Origin: Callorhinchus milii
Taxonomy: Eukaryota
NCBI RefSeq assembly: GCF_018977255.1
Contig: NW_024704742.1
Span: 17,486,001 to 17,550,000 of the forward strand
Direction of reading: 5' to 3'
DNA: 64,000 nt
Below, one piece after another: positions 25,207-38,277 of this stretch (position 1 is its first letter; each line of letters begins with the position of its first letter). Below the pieces are notes generated by a model. That model was not told the origin of the DNA and did not search any database. It saw only the letters and a program-made list of their open reading frames with translations. The position numbers and the translations under genes are program-made.

Positions 25207-26910
25207 ACTATGTGGATGCTGAATGTTTTGTTTTGCTGGATTTACTTTCTCAATCTACGGAATCCAAAATACTCCTATAAGGTCACCTCTGAGAATAATA
25301 ATAATAAAAATCCTTGCATTTAATATAACACCTTATCATGTCTTCGAGATGTCTTAAAGCGCTTCACAGAATATATTGTAAAGTGAATTGACTGTATATT
25401 TTGGAAATGGTTTGTTAGCTTGACTGTGAGGTGAACATGGAATAAACAGGCTTGCAGGCTTATTCCTGGCTTTGGTGTGGTATGGAAGTTCCTGGGATGG
25501 TTTTACTCCAGTCTTCTTCAGATTCTGACTGACCATATCATGGTGTGGGGTCCAGGGCTGCTGTGGATAATTATCCCTGCATGTACGGAGCATTGAGATT
25601 CAGATTGATTAGCCTTAGGAGTAAATAACTGATCAGACAGGAAGGCGAGGTGTGCAAAACATTCATTATGTATACATTTTATACACTAATGTGTAACATA
25701 TAATAAAACGTTTACATAAAGAAGACATGCTCTGAAAGCCCATTGAGGTTAGTCACTGGTGAACCGTACCTTTGAAATCCGTTTCCACCTTTTTGCTATT
25801 GAAATGGAACACTGGGACATAATGTAATAGTTTTGGGATTATGGCATTTTTCTGTCACAAAGCAGGAAATGTGAGCACTTAGTGATTTTACAGCAGGGCT
25901 ATCGCAGAAAAGCCTCAATCCATGTCAGAAATGTAACATTTCTGAGAAGGTGATCATTTTGGAAGTCTACAACCAAGACAATTCTGGAATTTTATTTTTA
26001 AAGAACTCATTTTTATTATTGTATTATTTTAAGGAGCCCTGTTTTATTATTATTTTAGTGCGAACGGTTTGACTTGCTGTTTAGATACATTTCCCCCCTC
26101 AATTGTCCTAAGCAAGCAATATGTTGTTCAGTGCGATTGAAGAAGCATGAAACTCCAGAGATACCAAGTTGATTTTATTTACAACTCGTGCGCTGGTTTT
26201 CTTTCAAGCTGACATTAGGGTTCATTGTTCATCTTTTGGTTATATTGGGAACTGCCATGATAGACCACAGAAGATGGGTTTAGCTCAGGTGGTGGCACAA
26301 TTATTTTGAAAATACACAATAATAGAACTTTTGAATCATAAAGCTGTGAGGCATAACCCCCATGAGACAAAACAGATCTTGGATTTAGAAAAAGGCTTAC
26401 TGGGGGGATGAATGGCCGCTGTGAGATTGTGCTGGCTATGAATGCTCAGTAGTATTTAGACAAGGTACAGTGCTTTCAGGGCTGTTTGTGCAGAAAGCCA
26501 CATCAGACAGTACTGCAGTCTGGTCCAGCTCAAATCGGCTGTGTTTTGCAAGCCATTTCTGTAATGTTTTGTTTGGTTGTCAGGCCACACAATGATTCAT
26601 TCAAGTTGTTGTACCAAAAATGAGTGGAGGTGTTAAAGACTTGACACAAAGCTGTTAATGAATTGTTGCGGTGCAGGAAAGCTGATGTAATGTTGGATTT
26701 TTATTCTATTTGAAACATTCTTGTAATATCAGGAAATGGCTGCACACAAGCAACTTTGGGGCTTCCTTTTCTGGTTCCTGGATTTAACCTGCATTGGCAA
26801 CATCTGGCAGCCAAGCAGGTCACCAAATTACAACCAGAGTCACATGGAGAAACAGGTCTGCAAAGAATGACGGAAGAAGGAAGGGTACATTTATGCCAAC
26901 TACTCTGTGA

Positions 26911-27494
26911 GTCAGTCTGGCTCAGATAGTGGTACTCTCGCCTCTGAGTCAGAAGGTAGGGTGTTCAAACTCTGCATTGGGACTTTGAACTCACATAGTC
27001 CAAGCTGACATTCCAGTTCAATGCTGGGGTGCATTGCATGTTTGAAGGTGCTATCCTTCGGATGTAGGGTTGCTCCTGGCAGGTTGTAATCCTTGTTGGT
27101 TGCCTGTGAAACATTGGCCACCCTTTCCCCTTGGCACTACTGAGGCCAATGGTTTTAAGATGCACCTATGTGGTTTTTCTTTAGGCGTCTCAGGGGTGTC
27201 AACTCTATTCTGGTGAGAGTTTAACCAAAGTCTCATCTGCTTATACAGGTGGATATTAAAGATTCCATGGATTTGAAAAGAGAAGGGAGTTTCTCCTGGT
27301 TTTCATGCCAACATTTCCCCCCAAATAAAACTGGTCACTCATTTCATGGCTGTTTGTGGGACATTTTGGGGACAAATTGGCTGCCCGGTTTACCTACATG
27401 CACAGTCACTGCACTTTACATTAAAATCACATGAAGCGCTTTGAGATGTTTCACCGACGTGATAGGAGCTATTTCAAATGCAAGGATTATTGTT
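26911..27494 (+). mobile_element. Full-length DeuSINE carrying a MITE insertion
   Basis: Head gtcagtctggctcagatagtggtactctcgcctctgagtcagaagg. The core is split at 27065-27207. L2-type tail. Confidence 0.88.
27065..27207. mobile_element. hAT (Blackjack-like) MITE, 143 bp
   Basis: Termini TAGGGTTGC...GTCAACTCTA. 8-bp TSD TTCGGATG / TTCTGGTG. The host SINE resumes in register after it. Confidence 0.7.
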
Positions 27495-28129
27495 AAGATA
27501 TGTACAAGTGGGTGGAATGTTGCCATGCTTTACAAACTGATTGTTCACTACTGAGTCAGATCTCCTCAGCACTCCTCAGTTATCCTGTCTGTAGGGCACA
27601 ACATAAATATAAGTTGTTGTTGCTTTTATTGTTGTTTGCCAAGACAAGGGGAGATCCAACTCCTGTTTTGGCCATGGGCGATTTAGAGCCGAGACAACTC
27701 TTATTTTACAACAGGATTTTGAAACAGGCCTGGTTTTGAAGGCAAACACAGTATAAAAGCAATGTGTTTGGCCATCAGATTGGTTTAAGTTCCTAGTGCT
27801 ATTATCCTCAACCACATCCTCAGGCTATCATCACAAATTCAACGAAGGTCCTATGAAATAAGAATTGCTTGGGAGCAGGTAGCTTTGTTTGACTCACACT
27901 GGCTGGGGAAATCTTAAAACCACACGCACGTTCTCCTGAACATCAAACCTTTGCAGAGGAATATATATATGTGGCACAAAAATCTAAAGTCTTACACATC
28001 GTAACTGAATGATAAATTTTAATGTAGAGTGTCATAATATATAATTGAAGAGGTAGCTGGAACTGTGCTGTGCATTCAGACCCACCGGTGGCTGAATCAG
28101 TGCTGTTGAAATTTATTTCACATTGGATC

Positions 28130-28240
28130 ATCACAGCTAGCAGAGAGAGAAAGCTTCATCCCATCAGCCCTGGGATGGATTAGCACCCAGATGCTTGTTT
28201 TGAAAGGTCAGCACACTAACTAACCACATCAGCCAGTCAC
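28130..28240 (-). mobile_element. LF-SINE-like head fragment
   Basis: Reverse strand reads gacctttca...ctgggtgctaatccatcccagggctgatgggatgaag...ctctctgctagctgtg. Confidence 0.45.
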
Positions 28241-30789
28241 TGCTTTATTCGTTGAATAATTTGGTGCTGAATAAAACTGCTCATGTTTATTGAATGAGCT
28301 GTGACTTATGAAGAACTGTAACACTGAACAGACACAGGCCTAAGGTTTAAGGCAGCCTCTGTGCACGCAGTAATAGCATTTAGCTGTACTATAGCTCACT
28401 GGGGAGCAGTAATTGCCATGTAACCTGTCTGTGGGCACTGCAAAAGGTTTTTACTGTGCTTCCACCATTGGCCTCCAATGAGAGAACTCCTTAATACAGG
28501 AGAAATTCCACTTGGATTCAATGGCATTATATAAGAGTGAGGTTTTGTGGCATTCCATAATGCAATGGATGTGATCATTTTCATTTCGCAACTCCATTAA
28601 TTTCACCTTGTGGTGTGAATTAAATGGATTTGCATGATTAAACCAGCACGTTTACACACTAAGAAGTGCCAGGTGTAGTTAAGGTGGATGAATTACTGGA
28701 GGGTTAGAATTTTTGGATCAACGTTATGATATTTCTTAACAGATTTGTCAATTAAGAAACGGATTTCTAAATAATGGAATCTGAGGCAGGAGCTTCATTC
28801 CAGTAACAAAGTAGTTCACAACGACTCGAGGGAAAACCAGGTTGAGTTGGAACAACAACAGATTGGGTTTATATAGCGCCTTTCATGTCAGGAGGACTTT
28901 GGCAAGGCAAAGTCAATCTTATGGACTCTTGAATTTCTTATTTAAGATATTTGTTCTGAAATACCACATAATTAACTTCGATTTCCTGTGCATGTGAAGT
29001 GCTGACATCTCAAAGCCCAGTTATTTCTTCCTTGGTATATTGTACCTCACATTTGGAAGTTGAGCATGTGCACTCTCTCACAGATCAGTACGCTCCCCTC
29101 CCACTCCGTCCCACAACAACAACAACAAGATTACATTTGTATAGCGCCTTTTACATCGGGAGGACGTCCCAAGGCGCTGGACCAAACCTTTATACTAGTC
29201 TCCCACGGGCTCGATCAAACTGGCTTTGATCCTGAGCAGTTCCATCTGGCCGTGACTGGAATTGCCGTATGTCAGAATCATTTATCACACATCCTGCAAT
29301 CTGGAACTTTCGTTCTGGGTGAGATGCTGTTTTCAGATTCCTCAGGACACGTGGAGTTAGTTGTTCGGGGAAAGATCTTGAAGGCTTTTGCCAACTTCAG
29401 CATCTCAACCTGATAGTTTGAGAGAACAAGTGCTGGGCTTCTGTCCACAGATTTGTATGAAATGACAAATTACTTAGTCTTGACTGGGGAACTGTGGGCA
29501 AAACTGAGCTTGTTTTGTAAAACAATCATTTTATATATTTAACGGTGAATTGGTTAACCTTCAGTACGAGGCTGAAATTTAGTACTAGGCAGAACGTGGT
29601 ACTATATATTTGTTCCAGCTGTTTTGTTTTGAGAGGAATTCTCTGACTCAAAGGCAGAGGTAATGAGATAGGTTCAAAGTATGACTGAATTACATATAAA
29701 CCTCTGCCAGAGTTTGATTTTGGGCCCTAGTTGTATTTGTTGTGGTTTATATAACAACGGAAATTAGGAAATAATCAGAAGAGGAAAGGGGTGGGGGGTG
29801 AATTCAGAGAAGGCAGCCTGTCATTCACATTAGAATTTGATAAAGTGCCTTATCACGTTGTTGAGACATCTCAAAGCGCTTCACAGGATATATTGTAAAG
29901 TGGTACGACTGTATGTATCTTGTGGGTGAACTTGTCAACCTGGGCAAGGCAATATCCCACAAATATCTATGAAGTGAGTGACCAATATTACCTCAGAAAG
30001 GCTTTGGTAGAAGAAGTTGTTTGGTGGACCTGACAAGAAAGATCTGAGCTTCACTAGCAGAGCTGAGACTTTTTTGCCGCTGCTTTGCAAGTGAAAGAAA
30101 GGAAAGGCTGGAGGGTTTTGCCACTGTGGCTGCCTGTATTTGTAGGAAATGTGGGAATAAAACCTTGCTTCTTGTATATGGATGTTTGTGTTGGCGCTCA
30201 AACAGACAGTCATTGAGGGACTGCCATTCATTTAACAATGAAGCACCATTTGTTTCTGAAAGCTGGGCGTTTGCCTGTCACATCCACTGGCTGCAGATGC
30301 GTTTCCTGTTGGATGTTACTGCCACACATGCAGTTTAGAACATTCAGATAACCTTCCTCTGGATTGGGAGAGCTCTGCCTTAGTGCTAGCCACTGCAGCC
30401 TCTTCCTTTCCCCCCAAAGTCTTTAATATAAGATGCTTGACATAGGCACCAAAGTTAGTGTTTTCTTTATCCTTGCATTATCCAGCAGTTTTTGTCTGTG
30501 TTGCCCCTTGTACCTCAATTATACCTCAAGCATTTTATGTTTTGGCCTTCTGCTGCTAAATGACAGCTGGCACATGTTGAGGAAACCACATCAGAAAGCA
30601 GAGAGACATGGTCTGTCCTTATCTGCCTTAAATCTCTTGCTTATGCCCTCCGTGGGTTTCAACATAACCTTCGTGTCAAACTAGTTCCCCTTATCTACAT
30701 ATGGAAAACAAGCCAAGGTCTAATTTGTGGCATTTCTTAACAACTTTTTATGAAGAAATGTGCAATTTTGAATTTCTACATATGGTAAA

Positions 30790-31000
30790 CTGAAGAATGA
30801 GTTTCTTCATTGGTTTGGGTTTGTTCTGTTGGCACCTGTTTACCTTCTGTGGAAACCAACATTATTATTGACAACCTGCTGATGACAGCACATCAGCAGG
30901 ACTTGGATGGGCAGACCAGTCACTGCGGGGAGGGACTCTTCCCACTCAGCTTGGTGGTCCTAGTTGGACAAGCAGTGGGAAAGCTTGCCAGTGTGTTGAA
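30790..31000 (+). mobile_element. LF-SINE-like 3' relic
   Basis: ggatgggcagac...ggtggtccct...gcagtgggaaagcttgc. Confidence 0.45.
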
Positions 31001-31119
31001 AATCAGGATTTGTTGTGAATAGTTTATGTATATGCATAAACTATGTATTGTCATGTATACTATTATAATTATGTATATTCTTATTATTATTCTGTATATT
31101 CGCATTATAATAATATCAG

Positions 31120-31392
31120 CAGGCTCCGGCCTGCTCCACATCCGCCACCTGGCTTGCCCCATCCCACCATTGGTGTTTGGGCCTTCTGGCTCTTTGCCCC
31201 TCCCTTCACCTTGCTCCCTCCCTTGCCTCCATCAAGGCATGTCTCAAGATCCTCCTCTTAGACTGCGCCTTTGGTCACCCTCTTACCCCTGCCCTCCTCT
31301 CCTAATCCCAACCCCCTTGCTCGGGTCCAAATCACTGATTGTCCAGTGCCTTATAATGTCCTCCCCAATGTAATTTGTTGTTGTTTTTGTTG
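31120..31392 (+). mobile_element. L2 3' fragment
   Basis: SGLLHIRHLA remnant, ttggtcacc 3' UTR, aatgtaatttgttgttg tail. Confidence 0.8.
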
Positions 31393-32329
31393 AATAGTCA
31401 TTTGTACATGTATTGGTATGATGCATGAACATGTGGATGTGTGTTGTGCCTGTTTATTTCTGCCAACATTCTTTTATTTGAGTTTTGAGAAGAGGATTGA
31501 TGTTCATCATTCTGCAACTGTTGACTTCCCACACACAAAAGGTTTGCTGTGTCTCAATCAAACCTATTACTGGAAACTAGATTTAGTGTAAATCTCACTT
31601 CAGTGCAACCAGAGTTTATATTTTATGAAAATATAATGTGAAATCCTTCTGCCACGAACTCCCATGTCTCGGAGAATACATGTTGTTTGTGTTGGATTTG
31701 TTTTTTCAAGGGTCACCTACAACAGATCAGTAATCTGGAAACGAATTAACATGGGCTCCACTAATCATTTCATGGTTAGATTTGATACTGCATTAAAAGC
31801 TGAGCCCAAAACATAATAAGATAGGTGTCGCACGACTGAGGAATACATTGGCCCATGAGAAGATCTCTGAGGAGGATTAAGCTGGAAACAAAATTTGAAA
31901 ATCCATCAGCAGAAGAACATTATAAGGAGGGAGAAGAAGGAAAAGAAAGACATTGCAAAACCCCAACAGCTGAATAAGGCCTAACCCAAAGGTCAGACAA
32001 AAATATTTTGACAACATCAACACATTGTATTTGTACAGCCCCTTTCAGGAGGACAAAGGTAGAAGAAACAAAAAGTAGTGAGGATAGGGAATCATCCAAC
32101 AGGTAGTTAAGCTTAACTGAAAGGTGCATTAGAGAATATATAATGGGCAATAGAAAAGCAGATTGCAGGCAGCAGCAATGTTATACTGTGGGTTAAATAG
32201 GTTTCGGGAAGTTAAGTGCAAGTTTGGGAGAGAAGCTACAGAAAGAATCTACGTGTGTGAAATAGATGTTTCACGCAGTTTTCACAAATGTAAGATTGTG
32301 GGCTTCAACAGTTTAATTTATTTTAGTTC

Positions 32330-33150
32330 ATGAAAATGCTGAACCCAAGTCAACATTATTTGAGCAAGTGATGGAAAGAAACTCAAAGAACTGAATGTCA
32401 ACGGCAACCCAACCTGCCAAATGAGGTACAACCCCCGAACCCTTAAGGCATATACGATGCTCTGGTTAATACATTTAGAAATTCCGTAAACATTGGAGCT
32501 GTACCTTAGAACGTGAGGAGAGCAAATCGTACGTTAATATTAATCCTTTCGTTTGGTATAGTGCCTTATTTTGTCTAGATGCTCTCAAAGTGCTTCCCAG
32601 GATAGTGTAAAGTTAGGTGACTCTGTGTTTTGTGGGTGAATGTGGCAGCCAATTTGCACACAGCAAAGTCCCATAAACAGCCTTGGAGTGAGTGACCAAT
32701 TTTATTTGAGGTAATTGTTGACCAGGACACTGGAGAAATTCCGTTCTCTTCTCTTTTCAAATAGTGTTATGATATCTTTAACATCCACCTAGAAAGGCAG
32801 AAGTTGGTTTAACTTCTCATCTGAAGGACGGCACCTCCAACAATGCATTGGAGTTAGCATAAGTCCCGAAGATGGGGCTTGAGCCCAAAACTTCTGACTC
32901 AGAGGCGAGAGTGCTACCAACTGAGCCACATTGACGCAATGTCTTGGAGTTAATGGAGTGGAGACAATGCTGATGGTATTATGTGACATTCTATTACTGC
33001 TCAATCAAAGAGCATAGAGTTCACCTGTACTGCAGTTAGTCACCTTAAATTTGGAACCAAAAGTAAATCCTCACTAATCTACTGCAGTTCTTTGAGGTGG
33101 TAACTAAATATGTGGATGAGGGCTGTCTGGTGGATATTATTATTCATTTG
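32330..33150 (+). mobile_element. Old CR1 ORF2 (RT-region) fragment split by a DeuSINE
   Basis: KLKELNVN...PRTLK...RRAN-like segment before the SINE and LTNLLQFFEVVTKYVDEGCLVDII after it (~33070-33140). Confidence 0.7.
32535..32935 (-). mobile_element. Full-length DeuSINE
   Basis: Reverse-strand head ctgactcagaggcgagagtgctaccaactgagcc and core tctcatctgaaggacggcacctcc. Confidence 0.9.
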
Positions 33151-35247
33151 ATGAAGTGTGTGAAAATAGCGGCAAACTACTAAATTCCATCAACAATAGA
33201 AACAAAATTATGATAATGGAAAACCCTTTGTCCAGGAGCAAGAACTGTCAAGATTTGCACAGGGGTCTATTCTACATTACCTACTGTGCAGTATATTCAT
33301 ATCTGTCTTGGAGAAGTGCACTTCTATAATATTCACACCATCACCTATAAATCCTTATCGCTCTAATTTTCTCCTTCACGACACCTCTACTTGTCCCCTT
33401 CGCTTGGCAAAAACGGGCTTGCTGTACATTCCCTATCCTCTCAGTGTTACTATCAGTGGCCGAGACTTCAGACCACAGCGCTCTAACCTGTGGAGCTGCC
33501 TCTGCGTACTCTCCACCTCACCCCATCTCTATCCATCTTTAAACCTATCTCTTTGTTTTGATTTGGTGGCTCGCTGTCTCCTATGAATGAAGACGGTTCT
33601 CTCAGATCAAGAAGAGGATCCAAAGTGTAGGAGAGGTGCATTTTGCACGTTTGCATTCAATGAGTCAAGCTAACCGAATTATCTGCTAACAGCTGCTCGG
33701 TGAGTGGATGATGAGTCAACCAGATAAATAACAAAAGCCACAGAAATGGAGTCATCAAAATAAAATTGCAAACATTTTCACAATTCCTGCTGATTTTCTT
33801 CGGATGAGACATCAAACTGAGTCCAGGTGGATGATAAAGATCCCATTCAAAAAGAGATGGGAGTTTCTCCAGGTGTCCTGATCAACAATTCCCCAGTTAA
33901 AATTGATCATTCACTTCATGGCTGTTTGTGGGTGATTAGTGTGTGCAAATTGGCTGCCAAGCTCCCCTACAAATACAGTCACTCCACTTTGTAACATATA
34001 CAGTGAAGCACTTTGAAATGTCCTCCTGGTGTGAAAGGCGCTATATCAAATGTAAAGATCTGATTTTTACATTCATTTTGGGGTCTAAAATACAGCATTT
34101 GCAACAGGATTCGGAAAGCATTTGTAAACACTGAATGTGTACCAGTAATCAGATGTGTGTCATGTTAACCCACAGAAACTTTGCTTTGACATGATCTCTT
34201 TCCTCGGGTTGGGTTGAGGCCCATCAAACGGGATTCAATATAAAAATAAAACCTTTGCAATTCTATTGCAAGAATGCCATTTTCAATCCCTTTGAAATTT
34301 CGATCGTGACCTTTGTAGCAAGCCAAAAACTAATGTACTTGTAGGAGCCTACTGGTCAGGTTACTTTTGCCTGTCTCATATTAAATGAAGGGAAACAGCA
34401 ACGGGACCACACAGATGAAAAGTTGTGCCCGATGAGTAGCCAGGATTACACTCACACTAAAGAAATTGTGTACAGCGGGGATGCAGAAGGATGTTGAAGG
34501 GACAATGTACTTGACTGCTGTGCAAACTGCCTGTAACAGTAAGCAATTTATCTTTTTGATGTGTTGTTACACGGCTGGTGAAGTTTATTAATGCAAAATA
34601 ATATTACCAATGTGAGTAAAAAAAAAGCATTCACGTGGGTCGAGGTGATGCAGGAGGGCTGTCCCTGGAGGGCTTTTTCATGAACTGATTTGAAATCTAG
34701 CTGAGAGTTTGATAACAAAATGCTGGAGGAAAATGATTAAAGAAATGCAATTGAATTCTACTTTTCCAGAACAGCTAGAGGAACAAATTGTCTTGTTTCG
34801 AGGTCTCTCACTGCTGTGGTATCTGCTTTATAGTAGTTGCTTCATTATTTTTACCCGCTACCTACACACTGAACAATCAGTCAGCATTGCAGCAGTAAAA
34901 TGTTTTTAACTCTTGTGGTGAGGCTGGAAATCCGGGGAAATCAAATAAATCCGCCTTTCGTTTTTGACACAAAATCAGCCAGTGCAGCAGACCTGCCCTA
35001 GAAGAGGCACGTGATTGCTCTTATCTCATTGAGTCACTTTCTTGATCTCAAACTGCATTTGTAGCTCGTGGGGCATCAATGAACATGTCCTTTTCTGGTT
35101 CTGGTCACCACTCCACCATCCAATGTTAAGACAATTTTGCTTCCAATTTAGTTCATCCATCGTTCTGTGTACTGTCTCTGCAATGGGAGGACAGCTAGGA
35201 CACTTGCTTTAACACCTTCACCAGTGCCACTCTATAATAAAGAATGT

Positions 35248-35615
35248 GTATCAGCTTGGCTTAGTTGGAGGACTCTTGCCTCCGAGTCCAAAAGTTGTGG
35301 GTTCAATACCAATGTTGGGATTTGGGGTTTGTATAGCCTAGGCTAACAATCCAGTGCGGTGCTGGGGTGTGCTACATAGGCGGAGACTTCATTCAAAGGA
35401 TGAACTGAGGTCCTGTCTGCCTGTTCAGGTGGACTTAAAAGGTTCTTCACAAAATGAAGGAAGGTTATCCTAGTGTCTTGGTCAACAATCCCCCAAAATA
35501 ATATTGGTCATTCACTTCATAACTGTTTGTGGGGCATTGGTGTATGCAAATTGGCTACTGGGTTCATCTATAATAATCACATAATCACTACACTGTAAAT
35601 CCTGTGAAGCTCTTT
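35248..35615 (+). mobile_element. DeuSINE, degenerate full length
   Basis: Head, core and 3' region present in order. Confidence 0.8.
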
Positions 35616-36479
35616 CTAAAACGAAAGCCTCAAAATCAATTGTAAGGATAGTTATTTTATTTGCTTCCATTTTTAAAGAACCTCATATCATTAAAAACTT
35701 TTTAAAAGTCATTATTGTTAAGTGTAATGACAGTTTTTGTAGGCAGACACAGCATTCCCCCCAACAGCTATGATATGAACAGCCAATGCATCTGAAGGAA
35801 TTGTTGGTTTGGAGAAACACCAGGAGAAATTCCCTCTCTTTGTGAATAGTGTTATGATATTTTTAATGCTCAATCCAAGGAACCTTGGGTTAAAACTTCT
35901 CAACTGCAGCTTGGCACTTCTTGCAACGCAGCGCTGCCCACCACTTCTCAGTGGCACTGAGCGTGATTTGGAATGGTGACAGGCCATCTGAAGCATATGC
36001 TGATTCAAGCGTTAAGCTACAAAGTAGCCTTCTGCTGGAGTGGTAGGCCACCAGTCAATCGCATCTGTTCACCAGATAACATCTGTGGCTCTGACCTTCT
36101 CTTGAACCTGAGGAGATCTACAGTAGCATTTTTGTCTCCTGCCTTTCCACTAAAGGCTCATGTGATTCATATGCCAGTACTGTACTGTCTAATCGAAGAA
36201 TTGTTCTGAGCTTCCTGTGTGTGACTAAACCATGGTTAGAGGAGATCTGTTATACTCCATTGAAATGATTTTAGTAAGAAAGATATAAAACACTTCCTGA
36301 CATGATTTACAACTGAGGACATTTTTATACTGTTCACTGTTGTCTCTTATAGTAATGGAAGCCGCTCTCCACGCCTCTCTCCCCCACGTCAGTAAATTCT
36401 CTTGAGTCTTTTTCTTCCATTTCCTTTCTTATATTTGGCTCCTTATTTCCTACCTGACTCAAGTTTTCTTCATATGTGA

Positions 36480-37050
36480 CTCTTGCACTTTTCATGTTCG
36501 GAGGAGATTTCAAAGCACTTCACAGCATATCCTGTAAAATATTGTGACTGTATTTGTAGGTGAACGTGGCATCCAATTTGTGCATAGAAATGCTCCACAA
36601 ACAGCTATTAAAATGAATGACCAATTTTATCTGGGGGAATTGTTGGCCAGGACACAAGGAGAAACTCCCTTCTATTTTTGCAAAGTGCCGTGGGATGTTT
36701 AAAATCCAACTGACCAGGCAGATGGCACCTTGGCTAATGTCTCATCCGAAGGACAGCACCTCTAATAATGCAGTGCTCCAGCAGCTCTGTCCTGGATTGT
36801 CAGCCCGACTGGTGAGCTCAAAGTCCCCACAAAAGTTTACTGTCAGTTCACTTTACAGTGTATTCTGTGAAGCGCTTTGAGATGTCTCACCGATGCGATA
36901 AAGCGCTATGTCAAGTGCAAGGATTATTAACCCTTTGATTCAAAGGTGAGTCCAAATTCCGCCTTGGGACATCCTCCCATCGTGAAAGGCGCTATACAAA
37001 TGTAATTTTATATTGTACTGTGAGAATGCTGCCAACTGAACCAGACTGAT
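36480..37050 (-). mobile_element. DeuSINE with two nested insertions (SINE tail ~36828-36930 +; L2 tail ~36952-37020 +)
   Basis: Head fragments at 36931-36951 and 37021-37049 continue the minus-strand body at 36480-36828. Confidence 0.75.
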
Positions 37051-37834
37051 TCGCATGACAGTGGGGTTCAAGCTGCAATTAATTCGCTGGAGAGGGGAAG
37101 GGTGTCACAACCAAGCCAGACCTGTCCTCAAACTTCCAGCAAAGGTTGATGGACGCCGATCAAGACCACAAATGATTTTCTTTCTTCCCTAACTCAGGTC
37201 ACTGCTGATGATTGTAATGACCCCCATTACTGCTTCTGCTGAAATCAACCAAACAGACACAGGCAGTGTTGCAGTCTGGATGCTTTAGCTATTGACTGGA
37301 TTAACCCGCTGAATTGTGGGGGGAGGGCATCAATGGAGGCGTTTGACAGCCTCTGACTTTTGATACCAGGCTGCCAATTGTATGAAGCAATTACGTTTTA
37401 TCTGCATGTTTAAGTTAAAGTCCTGGTTCTATTAATTGTCAAAGGTTTCTGAATTCGGAACCTGGGGATTAAACAAATTGTCAAATAAGATGACAGATTT
37501 CTGTTCTGCAGAATTTGCTCTCATTTGAGGGACTGTCCCATGAGAAATAAAGGAAAAATATTCTGGCTCCCATTAATGATGCCTTCCATTCACTCAGTAG
37601 GCTATTAAACACAGCTGGATAACAGAGAGCTCCAGCTGTTTGTGACACAGACTGACTGAACGGCTGTTTGTGACATTGACTGACCTCACAACTGGACCTT
37701 ACCACTGAAGCTGGATGAAGGAAATCCACTGCTGATCCTTCTGCCAGTTTGTTAGTATAAAATGTACCATCCATGCACCAAAAATGAAGGAAAAGAAGGT
37801 GTCATTCAATGTCAATTATTGTCAATGTTCTTAT

Positions 37835-38277
37835 GTGTCAGCCTGGCTTAGTCAGTTGGACTCTCACCTCCGAGTCAGAGGGTTGTGGGTTCAAGCCCCA
37901 AGTTGGGTCTTGGACCTCATACAGTCTAAACTGACACTCCAAGCAGCACTGGTGGTGTGCTGCATTGTTGGAGGTGCCGTCCTTCAGATGAGACATTAAA
38001 CCGATGCCCCATCTGCCTGTTCAGGTGAATGTTCAAGGTACCATAGTACTATTCGAAAAGAGAAAGGAGCTTCTCCTGGTGTCCTGGCCGACAATCACCC
38101 CAAATAAAATGGTTTTTCACTTCATGACTGTTGATGGGGCATTGTTGTGTCCTGAATTGACTGCTGCATTCACCGACAAATATAGTCACTTCACTTTAGT
38201 TTGCAGTATATAAGAAATGCTTTGAAAAGTCCTCTTGACATGAAAGGTGCAATATCAAATTTAAGGATTATTATTAT
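37835..38277 (+). mobile_element. Full-length DeuSINE
   Basis: gtgtcagcctggc head, ggaggtgccgtccttcagatgagacattaaaccga core, (TTA)n tail. Confidence 0.92.
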
